From NCBI GenBank assembly GCA_964016885.1, contig OZ024741.1, positions 99,696,001 to 99,760,000 of the forward strand: a stretch of 64,000 bases of DNA, written 5' to 3'. The stretch's first letter is position 1, and every line of letters starts with the position of its first letter. The notes beneath the pieces are model-generated. The model saw only the letters and a program-made list of their open reading frames with translations. It did not search any database and was not told where the DNA came from. A program made the translations under genes and the position numbers. This DNA is from Eledone cirrhosa. Lineage: Eukaryota. Positions 27,342-40,818 of this stretch are shown here, in pieces.

Positions 27342-27956
27342 AAAGAAGTAGTGAGGAAAAGCGGACAGTGATAAAGTGATAGATAAATGAACAGTGATGG
27401 AGAAAAGTAAGTAAAAGAATATATAAATACCAACACACTCACTCCCTGCACACAGAAATATATATATATATATGTGCGTGTGTGTGTAGAGAAAACGAGA
27501 GAGGGAGAGATAGAGGGAGAGAGGGAGAGAGGGAGAGAGGGGGAGAGAGAGAAAGAGAGTGAGTAAAAGGTAGAAAAAGAGAGAGAAGTAAAATAATCAA
27601 AGAGAGATATGCACTTATACATATAGACCAAATGATAGATCGTGATAAGATAATATTTCAGGAATGGGAAGTTTAATGTAAATATATACGTATATATATA
27701 TATTTACACATTCATTCACAGACACAAAACAAGTGCATTCTTACTGAAATATTTATTGATAAAAGCATTGCCAGGATCAGAATCATCTACTTAATTGTTT
27801 ACATATGCATATATAAGCTTTGCACTATTTGCACTGGCTCTCAGAGTTCTGAGATCAAATCCCACCCGGTGACCCTGGAGAATGGTAACATGATAAAATT
27901 TAGAGTACATACATGAATATATATATACAAAATACATGAATATCTATCTGTATGTA

Positions 27957-28294
27957 TGTATTGCAAAATACACTATATATACATTCATATATATATATAT
28001 AGCTATTTCAGAGCACCAATTCTAATTTTCAATTTCTGCTTGACCGGTAACCGCTCTGTATAATCAGTTCCTGATTATTTACTAGAATTCTATAAGAACC
28101 AAACATCAATGATTTCAGCAAACAGGAGGAGTAGCTGGCTTTGATAAGCATCAATAAGGCCTTGTCAGCTTTATCTCATCCTGTTTGCTGAAATTAAAAT
28201 AAGTGAGACTGTCACTATTCTAAAACAATAGCATAAGTCTTCGAAATGCTTTTAATTAAGCATACAGTGTATTGCAAAATACACTATATATACA

Positions 28295-28300
<6 letters not shown>
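27957..28300. repeat. 311-bp unit with short direct terminal redundancy and internal hairpin
   Basis: tgtattgcaaaatacactatatatacattcata at 27957 and 28268; atttcagcaaacagga/tcctgtttgctgaaat stem at about 28112-28175. Confidence 0.6.
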
Positions 28301-28364
<64 letters not shown>

Positions 28365-29486
28365 CGTATGTTTGTAAAAGGTAAAGATAAACAGAAATAA
28401 CAACACGATCGGTACAGTATATGGAAGGAATATATTAGGTTAACGCTTTAAATAGCGGGAAGAGCAAGAATTAGAAATAAGATAGATAGATAGAAAGGAC
28501 GGGCGGTGTCGAACTGGAAAAAAAATGTCTTTAGATAAAAATAACAGGTCCATTCATGTCGAAATTTACGCACGATCTTTGATTAGCCTTTTCTTTTCTT
28601 TATTTTCTATATATCGCCTTCCTCATAGTTTCTCTCCCTATAGATGAGGCATCGATTTTATGACAAACGATGCATTAAAACGAACCTGAAGATGAATCAA
28701 CTAATCTCTCCTCTTATACACTTCTGCAACATATGACAATATCTATTCCATAGTAAACTATGATTTTGCAAACATTTTAATCATAAGATTCAAAACATAC
28801 CTGAATCTAGAAACAACTACTGAATTTTTAATTTCACCATCTATAATGATCATATTTACACCGTATAAAAAATAACAATATAACCGTCGTTATATAGAAA
28901 TATATATATATTCTAGATATAGACTACTAAAGGACAAATCTATAAATTTTAAACTTCACTACTTTTCTGCAATAACTCAGATTACATTCGACATTAGTCA
29001 TGGCTGGCCCGTTAATATACAACTTCATAATGAAGTATTGTATATAAAAGAGGAATCCGCTCTTAAGTTGTATTTAAAGCGACTGACAAAGCGCTTTGAT
29101 TAAATATGTCTGCTGACCTAAACAATTTTTATTCATTTTCCTGATCAACATATCATTCCACAAAAATGAGAAGGGACTGTCTATAACAACTGTCCAATCT
29201 ATAGGAGAAGAGTCTATCAGTTTAGACATTTAGTGGGGGCTAATGTCTATAGAGTTGTCCTATAGTAGACGATGTTATTTCTCCAAATATAATCTTGTAC
29301 GAGTAAAGTATATGGATACATTATTCATTGGTGCTTCGTGAAGTTCCTTAGGTTCTTCGAGTCTCCCAACAAAGAAACATTCACCCAAGTAACCAGGTAG
29401 CAGAAAAACAAATACAGGTAATGCCTATATATATATATTAATAAAAGCGATGAAGTTTCGTTTACATGTATGTATTTTTTTAATTG

Positions 29487-29610
<124 letters not shown>

Positions 29611-29782
29611 CAGTTCAAGAGTAAACCAATCTTAAAGAGAGAGATGGAGATAGGAGAGGAGAAGAGAGATTGGTGACTTAGTTAGAAGCCAAAGCGTAAA
29701 GGCATATGCTCAATGTGCAATATGCAGTGGAAGGCAGCTAGATGGCTGGGTTCATGCAGAGGTTAGGTTCACAGAGTTGGAA

Positions 29783-30452
29783 ATATTCATTAGTTAAACA
29801 AGACCAGACATTTCACAAGGAATACCTTATTTAAAGATTGTCAACATAGTTGTAGTTTAATGTAAGGAATGTAAGGAATAATAATTGTTTCTACTTTAGG
29901 CACAAGGCCAGCAATTACCCAGTGCATTACTTGTACTTTATTTTATCGACCCCGTAAGGATGAAAGGAAAATCAACCACGGCGGTCGATAAAATAAAGTA
30001 CCAGTAATGCACTGGTTAATTGCTGGCCTTGTGACTAAAGTAGAAACAATTATTATTCCTTACATTCCTTACATTAAACTACAACTATAATAATGTCCGT
30101 TTACAATTGTTTCACTACTCCATATAATGTTTCAGAAACATTATATGGAGTAGCGAAACAATTATAAACGGACATTATTAGTATGATTATTATTCCTTAC
30201 ATTAAGGCCGGTGGATTGGCAGTATCGGTAGAGGGACGGACGCCATGCTTTGACGTATAGCGTTACGACGCTTGCCATTCTTAGTACAAATCCCGCCGAG
30301 GTTAACTTTGCCTTTCATCCTTACGGGGTCAATAAAATAAAGTACAGTGATGTATTATTCCTTACATTCCTTACATTAAACTATGTTGAAAATCTTTAAA
30401 TAAGGTCTTCCTTGTGAAATGTGTGGTCTTTTATAGCGTAACTAATGAATAT
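29783..30452. repeat. Nested inverted-repeat complex containing SINE segments
   Basis: Outer IR about 29783-29880/30353-30452; inner IR about 29846-29950/29985-30088; hairpin 30088-30180; SINE head (+) at 30205-30350. Confidence 0.8.
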
Positions 30453-30689
30453 ATATATATATTTCCTCTCGTTTAATCTGTGTGAAATCCTTTTCTCGCT
30501 CACATCTCACCCATGTCGGATGGTCTGTATCCCTCGTCCATTAATTCACCAAGCTTAAGCTCATAGAAATCATGTCTCTTCCTATCTTTCCGTTGCAATA
30601 CCATCTTTGTTTGTTTACATGTCTCGCTCGCTCCACGCTATTTTACCTGTCCCAATAACTTTATTTAGTTATTACTCGCACCAACCAGA

Positions 30690-30750
30690 GGTATATGATT
30701 TTCAAAGCGATGAAATACCAATGAAGGTTGGAAGATCACTGATGAAGGAC
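30690..30750 (+). ncRNA. Candidate non-circularly permuted hammerhead ribozyme
   Basis: ggta-TA-tgattttc aaagcgat GAAA-tacc aatgaaggttg gaagatca-CTGATGA-aggac. Confidence 0.55.
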
Positions 30751-31202
30751 TAAGTTATTCATATGTAACCCTTTTGCAACCACGCAGCACTCCATTTATT
30801 TTATATTTATATTTTTTCCTCAGCTGCTATTGTCTGTTTCTTTCTTACTGCTCCCCCTCTCTTTATATCTCTCATCTTCTTTTTATTCGCTCTGCCAGTC
30901 ACACTCTCTCTCGGCTGGCCTCTTCCTCACACTTCCACACACTCACTCTCTTCTTCTCCCCCTCTCTCACTTCCCCCGTTTGACCTGTGTGAAATCCTTA
31001 TCTCGCTCACATCTCAACCATGTCGGATGATCTGTAACCATCGTCCATGAATTCACCAAGCTTAAGCTTATAGATATCAGGTGCTTGTCTCTTCCTATCT
31101 TTCCGTTGAAATACCATCGTTGTTTGTTTATATATCTCGCTCGCTTCACGCTGTTTTACTTGTCCCAATAACTTTATTTAGATATTGCTCGCACCAACAA
31201 GA

Positions 31203-31263
31203 GGTATATGATCTTTAAAGCGATGAAATACCAATGAAGGTTGGAAGATCACTGATGAAGGAC
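31203..31263 (+). ncRNA. Candidate non-circularly permuted hammerhead ribozyme
   Basis: ggta-TA-tgatcttt ... GAAA-tacc ... gaagatca-CTGATGA. Confidence 0.55.
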
Positions 31264-31716
31264 TAATGTTATTCATATGTAACCCATATGAACCACGCAG
31301 CACTCCATTTTTCTTATATTTATATTTTTTCCTCAGCTGCTATTGTCTGTTTCTTTCTTACTGCTTCCCCTCTCTTTGTATCTCTCACCTTCTTTTTACC
31401 CCCTCTGCCAGTCACACTGTCTCTCCGCTGGCCTCTTCCTCACACTTCCACTCGCTCACTCACTTCTTCTCCCCTTCTCTCACTTCCCCCCGTTTGACCT
31501 GTGTGAAATCCTTTTCTCGCTCACATCTCACCCATGTCGGATGGTCTGGATTCATCGTCCTTGAATTCACCAAGCTTAAGCTTATAGATATCATGTACTT
31601 GTCACTTCCTATCTTTCCGTTGCAATACCATATTTGTTTGTTTACATGTCTCGCTCGCTCCACGCTATTTTACTAGTCCCAATAACTTTATTTAGTTATT
31701 GCTCGCACCAACCAGA

Positions 31717-31777
31717 TGTATATGATCTTTAAAGCGATGAAACACCAATGAAGGTTGGAAGATTACTGATGAAGGAC
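31717..31777 (+). ncRNA. Candidate permuted hammerhead, stem III decayed
   Basis: tgta-TA-tgatcttt ... GAAA-cacc ... gaagatta-CTGATGA. Confidence 0.4.
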
Positions 31778-31820
31778 TAATGTTATTCATATGTAACCTA
31801 TATGCAACCACGCAGCACTC

Positions 31821-31862
<42 letters not shown>

Positions 31863-32883
31863 ATAAACACGTACACATACACGAACACACATACACACAC
31901 ATAAACACAAACACACAAACACACACACACGCATATATATATATTTATTAATATTTGTGTAAATAGGAACAGCTGCCATAGAACAGCCAAAGAAGAAATT
32001 CTCTCACACTGACACGACATATATAATATCCAGTAAAAATACACAAAACACCCGTACCGTATGCTATACAAACCAAATACATACTAGTTACAGAAGATTA
32101 TGTCATGAAAAATTCATAAAACAGAATAGAATATGTATTGCATCCATAAACTCACAGCGTTAACATACTACAAAGCACAAGAATGAAAAATATTTGGAAG
32201 GGCTTTCGCTATGAATTTTAAGGTTGTGACGATCATCACATACCTTGCCTCATCTACAGCAGGAGGAAGTAATCGATGATGCCAAGGTTTCTGACTTATA
32301 AACGAGTGTCAAAACTACATATCTTCCTGCCTTTGCTGTAGCGAGACGAAGCTAGATTCCTATAGAATTCTACTATGTTTATAAACTGATGAAACTCATT
32401 TGCATATAGAGCGATAGCCGGCCCGGCATAAATAACGTAATTGTATTGGTGCTCCGACATAGCGATATACATATGAATGTACGTTTTGTATGATAACATA
32501 GGGGATGTTTATAAACAAACATTTAGAAGGTCAACCTCCTGTTTTGCCGAGGCTAGGTATGTGACTAAAATCCATAGCGAGAGGTTTTTCATTCATAAAC
32601 ATTCCTTATATTAATAAATACACACACACACACAAAAATAAATATGTTCATACTATCTTAATTACTCCTCAATTAAGTTCCACTTCCCAACCTCAAACAT
32701 TCCTTATACACTGTCTGCCATTGAAAGGTTTGTTCTTGTTTGATGACCGTGTGATGAACAGGTGTAACACCAGAGTAACAAAACTCACTATTCAGTCTTG
32801 ATAAAATGAATACTAAAACTCTATTTGGTATTGAGTACTCATCTCTCTCAGCCGTCAACCACATCTGTATATATATCTATCTA

Positions 32884-32921
<38 letters not shown>

Positions 32922-33240
32922 TGTGTTTTCCCTTTTATAATGCATTGGTAAAAGATGGCAGTGAAATGTAGAAATGGACAAGGTCACACGTGACTCAACC
33001 ATGATTGTACCGTAGCACATATAAATGGCCGGCTTTGCCTAATTCTAATAAAAGAGAAATCTGTCGCTCTACATGGCTGAATACAATAAATGTGATCTGA
33101 GTTTCTCGAATATTAATAATAATATTCGATTCGTTTGCAATTTTGCAAACAAGCCTCAATTTTATAGCCATGTCAGTAGAATGAACACTTAGCCGGCCAT
33201 TTATCGCTCGTATACAGGACACTGACTGGCCAGTCTGCTG

Positions 33241-33330
33241 ATATGCAAATCTGTCTGATCAGTGGATCTCATAATATGCAGATCTGACTGATCAGTGTAT
33301 CTTCTAATATGCAAATCAGGCCGATCAGTC
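33241..33330. repeat. 3 x 33-bp tandem repeat with ATGCAAAT-like and GATCAG motifs
   Basis: atatgca at 33241, 33274 and 33307. Confidence 0.7.
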
Positions 33331-34513
33331 ACTGTGTATTTTTGAAAATAGCATATATTTTCACTATCTCTGAGAGTTTGGCAGGTGAACAGTAAGCTGT
33401 ATTGATGAAGCGTGATACCCAGAAACATTAGTGCCAGCTGTTTTATTCGCATTCCAACATAAGCGCAAGAATGAAGTTTTCATAACATATCTGAATCACA
33501 CTGTATTAGTTCAATTTGAAAAATATATGGAATTAATAATAGTTTGTATGAATTTCGAAACACAGAAAAGATTGAAAACTCCAATCTTTTCGAATGAGAG
33601 AATTCTGGCAACTCATTTCATTTTCTAGGAGCATAACGTGTCGTCTTTGCTTTTGTTATCGCAGTTTTACCCCCAGGTTTTCTGTTTCATTATATAAAAG
33701 CTGTTTGATGTATTGTATCTTATAGAAATGCTCAAGCTTTGGACACATTTGCTCCGAGATATGTGTGAAAAATATTTTCTTCATTTCTTTCAAATTATTA
33801 TGGCTATTGAATTCATTTGTTTCAAAGTATTTTTACTAGATCAATATTGTTGATGTAATAGATTTTCAAAACTGAAAAGATGAATTAGTAGATCAACAAT
33901 TTTTTCATTGAAATTTTCCTGCTCTTTCCAGTCTGTCGAGAGTCTTGCGCTATCCAGCTCATGAGAACCAATATCAAACAGTTAAAAACATGTTTCGTAA
34001 AACTTATTGCACTATTCTATATCTTCTGATCTTACGACATTTTAGAGTTATGTTATAATTTCGATTTTATAGGTATTAAGATGTTACTTGAAAAAGTTGG
34101 AGGATGGTAAATGATTTCATCTAAATATTATTTCACATTTATGTGGAGAGTTATTAGAAAGAAATCTTTGTATATGAGCATAAACTGAAAATGGAAACAT
34201 AGAAACTGTTGCATTGATGCTAAATTGTAATAGGCTAATTTGCTTTCGTGAAAAGGGAAACGTTCCCTAAGCGAAAACGTTATGTGATGTCGGCAAATGG
34301 ATTATAACCAAATTTATATGGTGTTTTCCATTCAAAGTATATCTAAAAGCGGTACACAAAATGTACATGAATAATGTATTCAATAATGAGTAACCCGATT
34401 GCAAGCATTTGGAAGAAAGAATTATCACTTGTTTGTGTGTTTGTATATATATATATAACGGTGATGAATTAGTTTTGCGAGGCTTTTGATATGAAATCGT
34501 GTGTCGAAACAAA

Positions 34514-34893
34514 TATTGTTATACTTGGGGAGGGTCATATTTGTGTAATATTGCCAGAAATAATAACAAAGAAATAAACAAATAAGTAAATATATAAACA
34601 GACTAAATAAAGATGGCGTAGAAAATACAATGCAACGGGAGGAAAAAATAGCACCACTGACGTTGTTGCAGATGTGCAACGAAAGAACTTTGATAAACTA
34701 TATATATGTGTTTGTGTCTATATTGTATCTGTATTTTTGACCGTTGGTCAGTCAATGGCAACATTGAGGATCGAATAAATTAAATTAACCGATATAAAAG
34801 ACACATAAGCGAAAACCAACCAAACAGTGAGTGTGTTCTGTTATTAATTCTGGCAATATTACACAAATATGACCCTCCCCAAGTATAACAATA
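34514..34893. mobile_element. Decayed PLE pseudo-LTR with terminal inverted repeat, related to 1840-1940
   Basis: About 47-bp IR at 34514-34560 and 34848-34893; shares agatggcgtag and cgaaagaactttga with the first PLE; degenerate HHR near 34665-34695. Confidence 0.55.
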
Positions 34894-34920
34894 TATATAT
34901 ATATATTTAAAAGAATAGAG

Positions 34921-34981
<61 letters not shown>

Positions 34982-35113
34982 GTGTAGTTGATTCAGTGAA
35001 TTGCTGGTGTTGGTACCAAATCAAGTACTCCATGCACAGGCAGAGTGTATATATTAGAATAAACGAGGAAATTTCGTTTACATGTAAACGAAACTTTCGT
35101 GTTTGTTCTGATA

Positions 35114-35259
<146 letters not shown>

Positions 35260-35559
35260 CGTGAGTGTGTGTGTGTGTGATAATATATATATATAAACCC
35301 TCGTACCCTTGTATCATGTTGCAATTTGTGAGTAATACATTGCACTGTAATGTAATATTTAAGCTGTGTCCCTTGCAACTGTTCATCGACACGTGATTGC
35401 ACTGCAAGGCACACAGACATTAGATAACTCAATACAGCTGTAAACGCACGTTGTCGCACACATTTATAAATGATCATACATTTACATATAGGTATACCTA
35501 TGTACACATCCACCCCAACACACGCCCCCCCATCCATCCACACACACACACACACACAT

Positions 35560-35651
<92 letters not shown>

Positions 35652-35840
35652 TACAACAAGGACGACTGGTTGCTCCTTCATCACATTCATTGGTTGGTGA
35701 CGCGCGTTTTATATATATATATATTAATTCAAAATATTAACAAATATAGACATTCTTTTATCAAGTATATTTTATTATATATATTTCAGAGGTACTAAGC
35801 TATCTTCAACAGTACGTCCTCATCAGATAAAATAAGATGA

Positions 35841-36260
35841 TGCCCTCTTAAAAATAATTGTCTGGATAACAATCTGGTCTATAAATGCACCGTAAAAGCA
35901 AATAACATCACATACAACTATATTGGTGCAACTTCATGGATATTTAAATTTAAATTTTCGAATCACAAATATTCTTTCTCGAATCCTAATAGGAAACTTT
36001 CGACCTCTTTATCACAACTTATATGGTCATTAAAAGATAAAATTTAAAATACTCGATTTCTTGGTCCAAGCTGTGTAATGGTCAAATATACTTGAATTCT
36101 TCAATATCACCTAACTGCAATCTTTATACTATGGAGACCCTATTAATAATTACTAATTATGATAATTTAATTAACACAAAAAGTGAATTATTCTCAAATT
36201 GCTTACATATAGCTTCTTCTTCATTCCAAGCCTCACAAAAAGTCAGGAAAAAACATTGAA
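35841..36260 (+). pseudogene. GIY-YIG endonuclease remnant (not in ORF track)
   Basis: Manual translation: CPLKNNCLDNNLVYKCTVKANNITYNYIGATS...NHKYSF...SLSQLIWSLKDK / CNLYTMETLLI...LINTKSELFSNCLH. Confidence 0.85.
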
Positions 36261-37854
36261 AAAAACATTGAATAAATAAGTTTTGATTTTGACGTTTTTT
36301 ATCAACTGAGTGCGTAAAACGATACTATAACAGATTATAAAACCTTCTAATAATTTTTATTTATTTACGATATGATTAATGTTGGATTAAGGGTTCTACA
36401 TAAACATATAAACTGTTAACCTGATCTTTTGATGAGTATGCATATTATTTGATTGTTTAAATACATTTAATTTTTCGGGGTTTATTGTATTTTTAAAATA
36501 TATAGCTTATATGTTTGACAATTATATGGAATCGTAAACCATTCATTTATTTATTTTGAATATGTTGTTAAAGATTCAAGAAGTTTGAGTTATATATTTA
36601 TGGTATATGTGTCGTACACGATCCTAGTCGACTAACCTTTTAAACTTAACTTGATGTAAAACTTTATTTATAACACTATTAACAGTAATTCTATTTATTA
36701 TATGTATATAATTGACTAATATCGTCTTAAACTTTAAACAGTATACTCTGTATGTATTTAGACAAATGTGTATATCTAGTTTAAAATATCCTTTTTAAGT
36801 ACATTTATAAGGCCTTTGGATACTTAAGGGCATTCTAGTTTTATAATTGTTAATTATTTTCTAAATTATATAATGATTATTTTTTAATATAATTTTTTAT
36901 TTTTAATATAATTAAATTTGGATTACCTTCGGGTTGATGAACATCTTAAGTCTTTTCTTTCTCGGGTTTGCAAATACTTTAAATATGATATTATACTATA
37001 AAATAAATTCTTTAAAAAATTGTTTCTTGTATTTTTAAATTATATAGCTTATATGTTTGACACTTATAGGATCGCAAACCATTCAGTTATTTATTTTGAA
37101 TCTGTGTTTTATGATTCATGAAGTTTGATTTGTATATTTATAGTATATATGTATTACATGATCCTAGTTGAATAATTTGTTTAATATAATACTTGACGTA
37201 AAACTTTATTTTTAACAATATTAACAGTAATTATATTTATTAACTGACTAATATTGTCTTAAACTTTAAACAATGTACTCTTTGTATAAACTTAGACAAA
37301 TGCATACATCTAGTTTAATAATATCCTTTTTAAGTACACTTATATGGCGTTTGGATACTTTAGGGCATTCTAATTTTAAATTTATAATTGTAATTATTTT
37401 CTAAATTATATAATGATTATTTTTTAATATAAAATGTCTTTAATATAAAAAAATTGTTTTAATGTAATTTAATTTGGATTACCTTCGGGATGAAGAAAAT
37501 CTTAAGTCTTTTCTTCCTCTTGTTTGAAAATACTTTAAATATGATATTATACAATAATATAAATCCTTAAAAATTTTATAGTTACAATTTTATAGTTACA
37601 ATGCCATTAGATTAATTCACTATTTCTAACTAACATATAGATTCGAAATTTAACGGTCATCGGGATGCGTTGGGATATATATATTTGATTATTGACTATT
37701 TCTAATTAACTTAAGGATTCGAAAATAAACCGTCATATAACTACACCCAGATATATATTTGATATTTTGATTGATTGATTATTTCTAAATAATGTAATGA
37801 TTCGAAATTATTCATTCACAAAGCTATGCCCAAATATATATTTATATATATATA

Positions 37855-37910
<56 letters not shown>

Positions 37911-38355
37911 TATTTATATATATTTTTTTGCATCATCTAATTATTCGCTGTTTATCCTCGACAGTACAAATCGCCCTCCCTGTGTTTTATACTATAAAAA
38001 TTATTTTATCCTCCTCTCTCTATCTTTAATCAATTTTTCTTTTGCTTTCGTGCATAAGATAATTCTATACTTCTAGTCATTCTCTTTTTCCTCATCTGTT
38101 TCCCTCTGTCTATCACCTCTTCTTTCTTCAATAATTTAAATTATTTAAATTTCTAACAGATATGTAGGTTTATATTATATTAGTAATTGATTATTATTAT
38201 GTATCTTTATAAGTTTCCTCACACGCACCCTCTGTATTATATGTAATTTTTTCATCTTAAGGTATATAAATATTGAGTTTTGTCCTATCTTATTCACTGC
38301 CATGACTGAATTTTAACCATCTACTTAGTCAAGGTATGTCAATCATCATCTTACT

Positions 38356-38412
38356 TTATCTGATGAGGACGTACTGTTGAAGATAGCTCAGTACCTCTGA
38401 AATATGTATAAT
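38356..38412 (+). ncRNA. Hammerhead-like motif of the pseudo-LTR (inverted copies at about 35773-35831 and 38885-38930)
   Basis: CTGATGA-ggacgtactg...cagtacctct-GAAA-tatg-TA, then AATAAA; stem I register imperfect. Confidence 0.6.
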
Positions 38413-39539
38413 AAAACATACTTGATCACACGAATGTCTATATTTGTTAATATTTTGAATTAATATTAATAATCCGGAAAACCATTCCTTCTAATCTATT
38501 GTAAAACTTTATTCATTGATTTATTCATTGAACCTTGTTTAACCTTTAAATATATATATATATATATATATATATTGAAAGGAAAACAAGGACGATTGAT
38601 ATCGTCCTTGTTATCCTTTCAATATATTACACTCTGTATAGCTCTACACTTCATCACAGAAGTGAACCTAAACATCGAATGCTCTCCCGGGTGAACCTGC
38701 AGTAACTCCAAGTTACACCCCCTGGATATATATATATTAAAGAGTTAAACAATATTCAATGAGTAAATCAAAGAATGAGTTTTACAGTAGATTGGAAGCA
38801 CTCTATGGTAAATAATCTTTCAGAATTATTAATATTAAAATACAAATATTAATAAAATAGATGTTCTTTTTATCAATTACATTTTATTATACATATTTCA
38901 GATGTACAACAGTACGTCCTCATCAGACACAATATAATGATACATGACATACCCTGAGATGTTAAATGGTTAATATTTAATCAAGGTAGTGATTAACCTA
39001 AGAGAAAGTTTAACATTTATACCCTAATAATGAGAAAATGCGAAAACGTAATAAATTCAATAGAGAATGTGTGAGTAAGAAAAACGTTGCTTAATGTAAC
39101 TGTTATAGAGATTTTAAAATGTATGTTTCTACAATTTATCAGGGAAAGCGGTCGATGAGAGCCGCTTAAATATTATATATAGAGAGAGGGAATATATGTA
39201 GAAGGAGATTTTCCGAAAGTTAAGCGGTTAAGTTTGAACATATTTAATTTATGCTATTTTAGGGTGAAGAATCAGATTTTATGTTTAAAAAAAAAATATA
39301 TATATAAAAAAAAATTGCAGGTTATTTATTAATTTTGTAAATTCAATGTGTTTTAACATTTCTAATCTTCAGAATTTTATGAGGATAACTTTTAAAGGAT
39401 TTAGCTGGCCAACGGAAAATAAAGTTTACACTGTCGAATATTTTTCTAAATGTAAGCTTTACCGGCGATATTCATTTTCAACATATATGGTATGTAAATC
39501 TTATGAAGTATTTATTGCTAGAAATATTTAAATAACTAT

Positions 39540-39587
<48 letters not shown>

Positions 39588-40297
39588 TGAGCCTGTATAT
39601 TTTAGGTAAATGATAACGAAAATAAAAATAAAATAATAGATTTAGGCATGCTAAAGTTAAATATATACGTATATATAAAAGGGTGTAGATGCATTGATTA
39701 TTCATAGTTCAAAATAAATGATAATCAATAAAGTTAACTAAAAATGATGTATAGAATGATACATGGAGGTTTATATAAATTAGATATTATTGATATAAAT
39801 TAGGTATTATTGATACAGTATACTTTAGGTATATAATAATGTATATATATAATATATATATATAATAAGGTTCAAAACGTGTTTTAGTTAAATATATATA
39901 TATATAAAAAGCAAGGAAAGTTTACACTGTTGCATATTTTCCTAAATATAAACTTTACGGAAGATAATCGATTGTCAACATATGGTATGTAAATCTCATG
40001 AAGTACTTAATGTTAGAAATATTTAATTAACGATTATGTATATAGATATTTATTAATGAGCCAGTATATTTTAGGTAAATGATAACGAAAAAAATATAAT
40101 AGATTGAGGCATGCAAAATTAAATATATACCAATATAACAGGGTGTAAATGCATTAATTATTCATAGTTTGAAATAAATAATAATCAAAAACACATGAAC
40201 AATTCAGTTAGAAATAAGTTCCATAAAAATTATGGATTGTATATTAAACTAAAATTTAAACCTGAGATAGGAAGATAAAGATAGAGAAATAAAGAAA

Positions 40298-40482
40298 TAA
40301 TTGTTTCTACTTTTGGCACAAGGCCAGCAAATTACCCAGTGTATTACTGGTACTTTATTTTATCGACCCCGTAAGGATGAAAGGCAAAGTTAACCTCGGC
40401 GGGATTTCAACTCAGAATGGCAAGGGCCGTAACTCTATGCGTCAAAGCATGGCGTCCGACCCTCTACCGATACTGCCAAACC
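40298..40482 (-). mobile_element. tRNA-derived SINE (second family) nested in the PLE
   Basis: Homologous to 13500-13670 and 30205-30350. Confidence 0.8.
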
Positions 40483-40818
40483 TCAGAAATAATGGCATGG
40501 CTCAAAATTATTAATTATAATATTATGTTATGTATATCAATGTTCTGGCATATTTATTGAACAAGTGTTTTTCATTCAAGCGTTATTTCTTCTATAGATA
40601 GATTATAAGATAATGCAATATTAAAGGCCATTAATGTTTTTCCCTGTTGATTATATACATCTGATAACCAAGTTTTTAATGGTTATATGTTTCTCTCTTT
40701 CTTTTTTCTCGTTTTGTGGGAGGCTAAGAATGTGGACGTAGCTTTGTGGGGGCAACTAGAGAATAATTCACTTTTTTTGTTAATTAGGGTCTCATAGTTA
40801 TTAATAATCAACAGGGAA

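Larger units (their letters stand above)
30466..31826 (+). mobile_element. Tandem array, ~2.7 x ~510-bp non-coding monomers with a permuted hammerhead motif
   Basis: gtgtgaaatcc at 30480, 30987 and 31501; units moderately diverged; TA runs at both ends; homologues at 2613-2900 and 53955-54287. Confidence 0.88.
35721..38550 (+). mobile_element. 5'-truncated Naiad-like PLE with inverted 5' pseudo-LTR and ~2-kb AT-rich 3' UTR
   Basis: 35721-35841 is inverted to about 38345-38466; GIY-YIG remnant follows the inversion; ~540-bp internal duplication at about 36488 and 37030. Confidence 0.85.

Noticed and set aside
30708-30745. SECIS-like ATGA..AA..TGA pattern
   Set aside because: The required helix between ATGA and GA does not form.
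32673-32864. 63-aa minus-strand ORF preceded by an acceptor-like cag; similar exon-like bits at about 13058 and 14391
   Set aside because: No recognisable domain and no consistent multi-exon structure.
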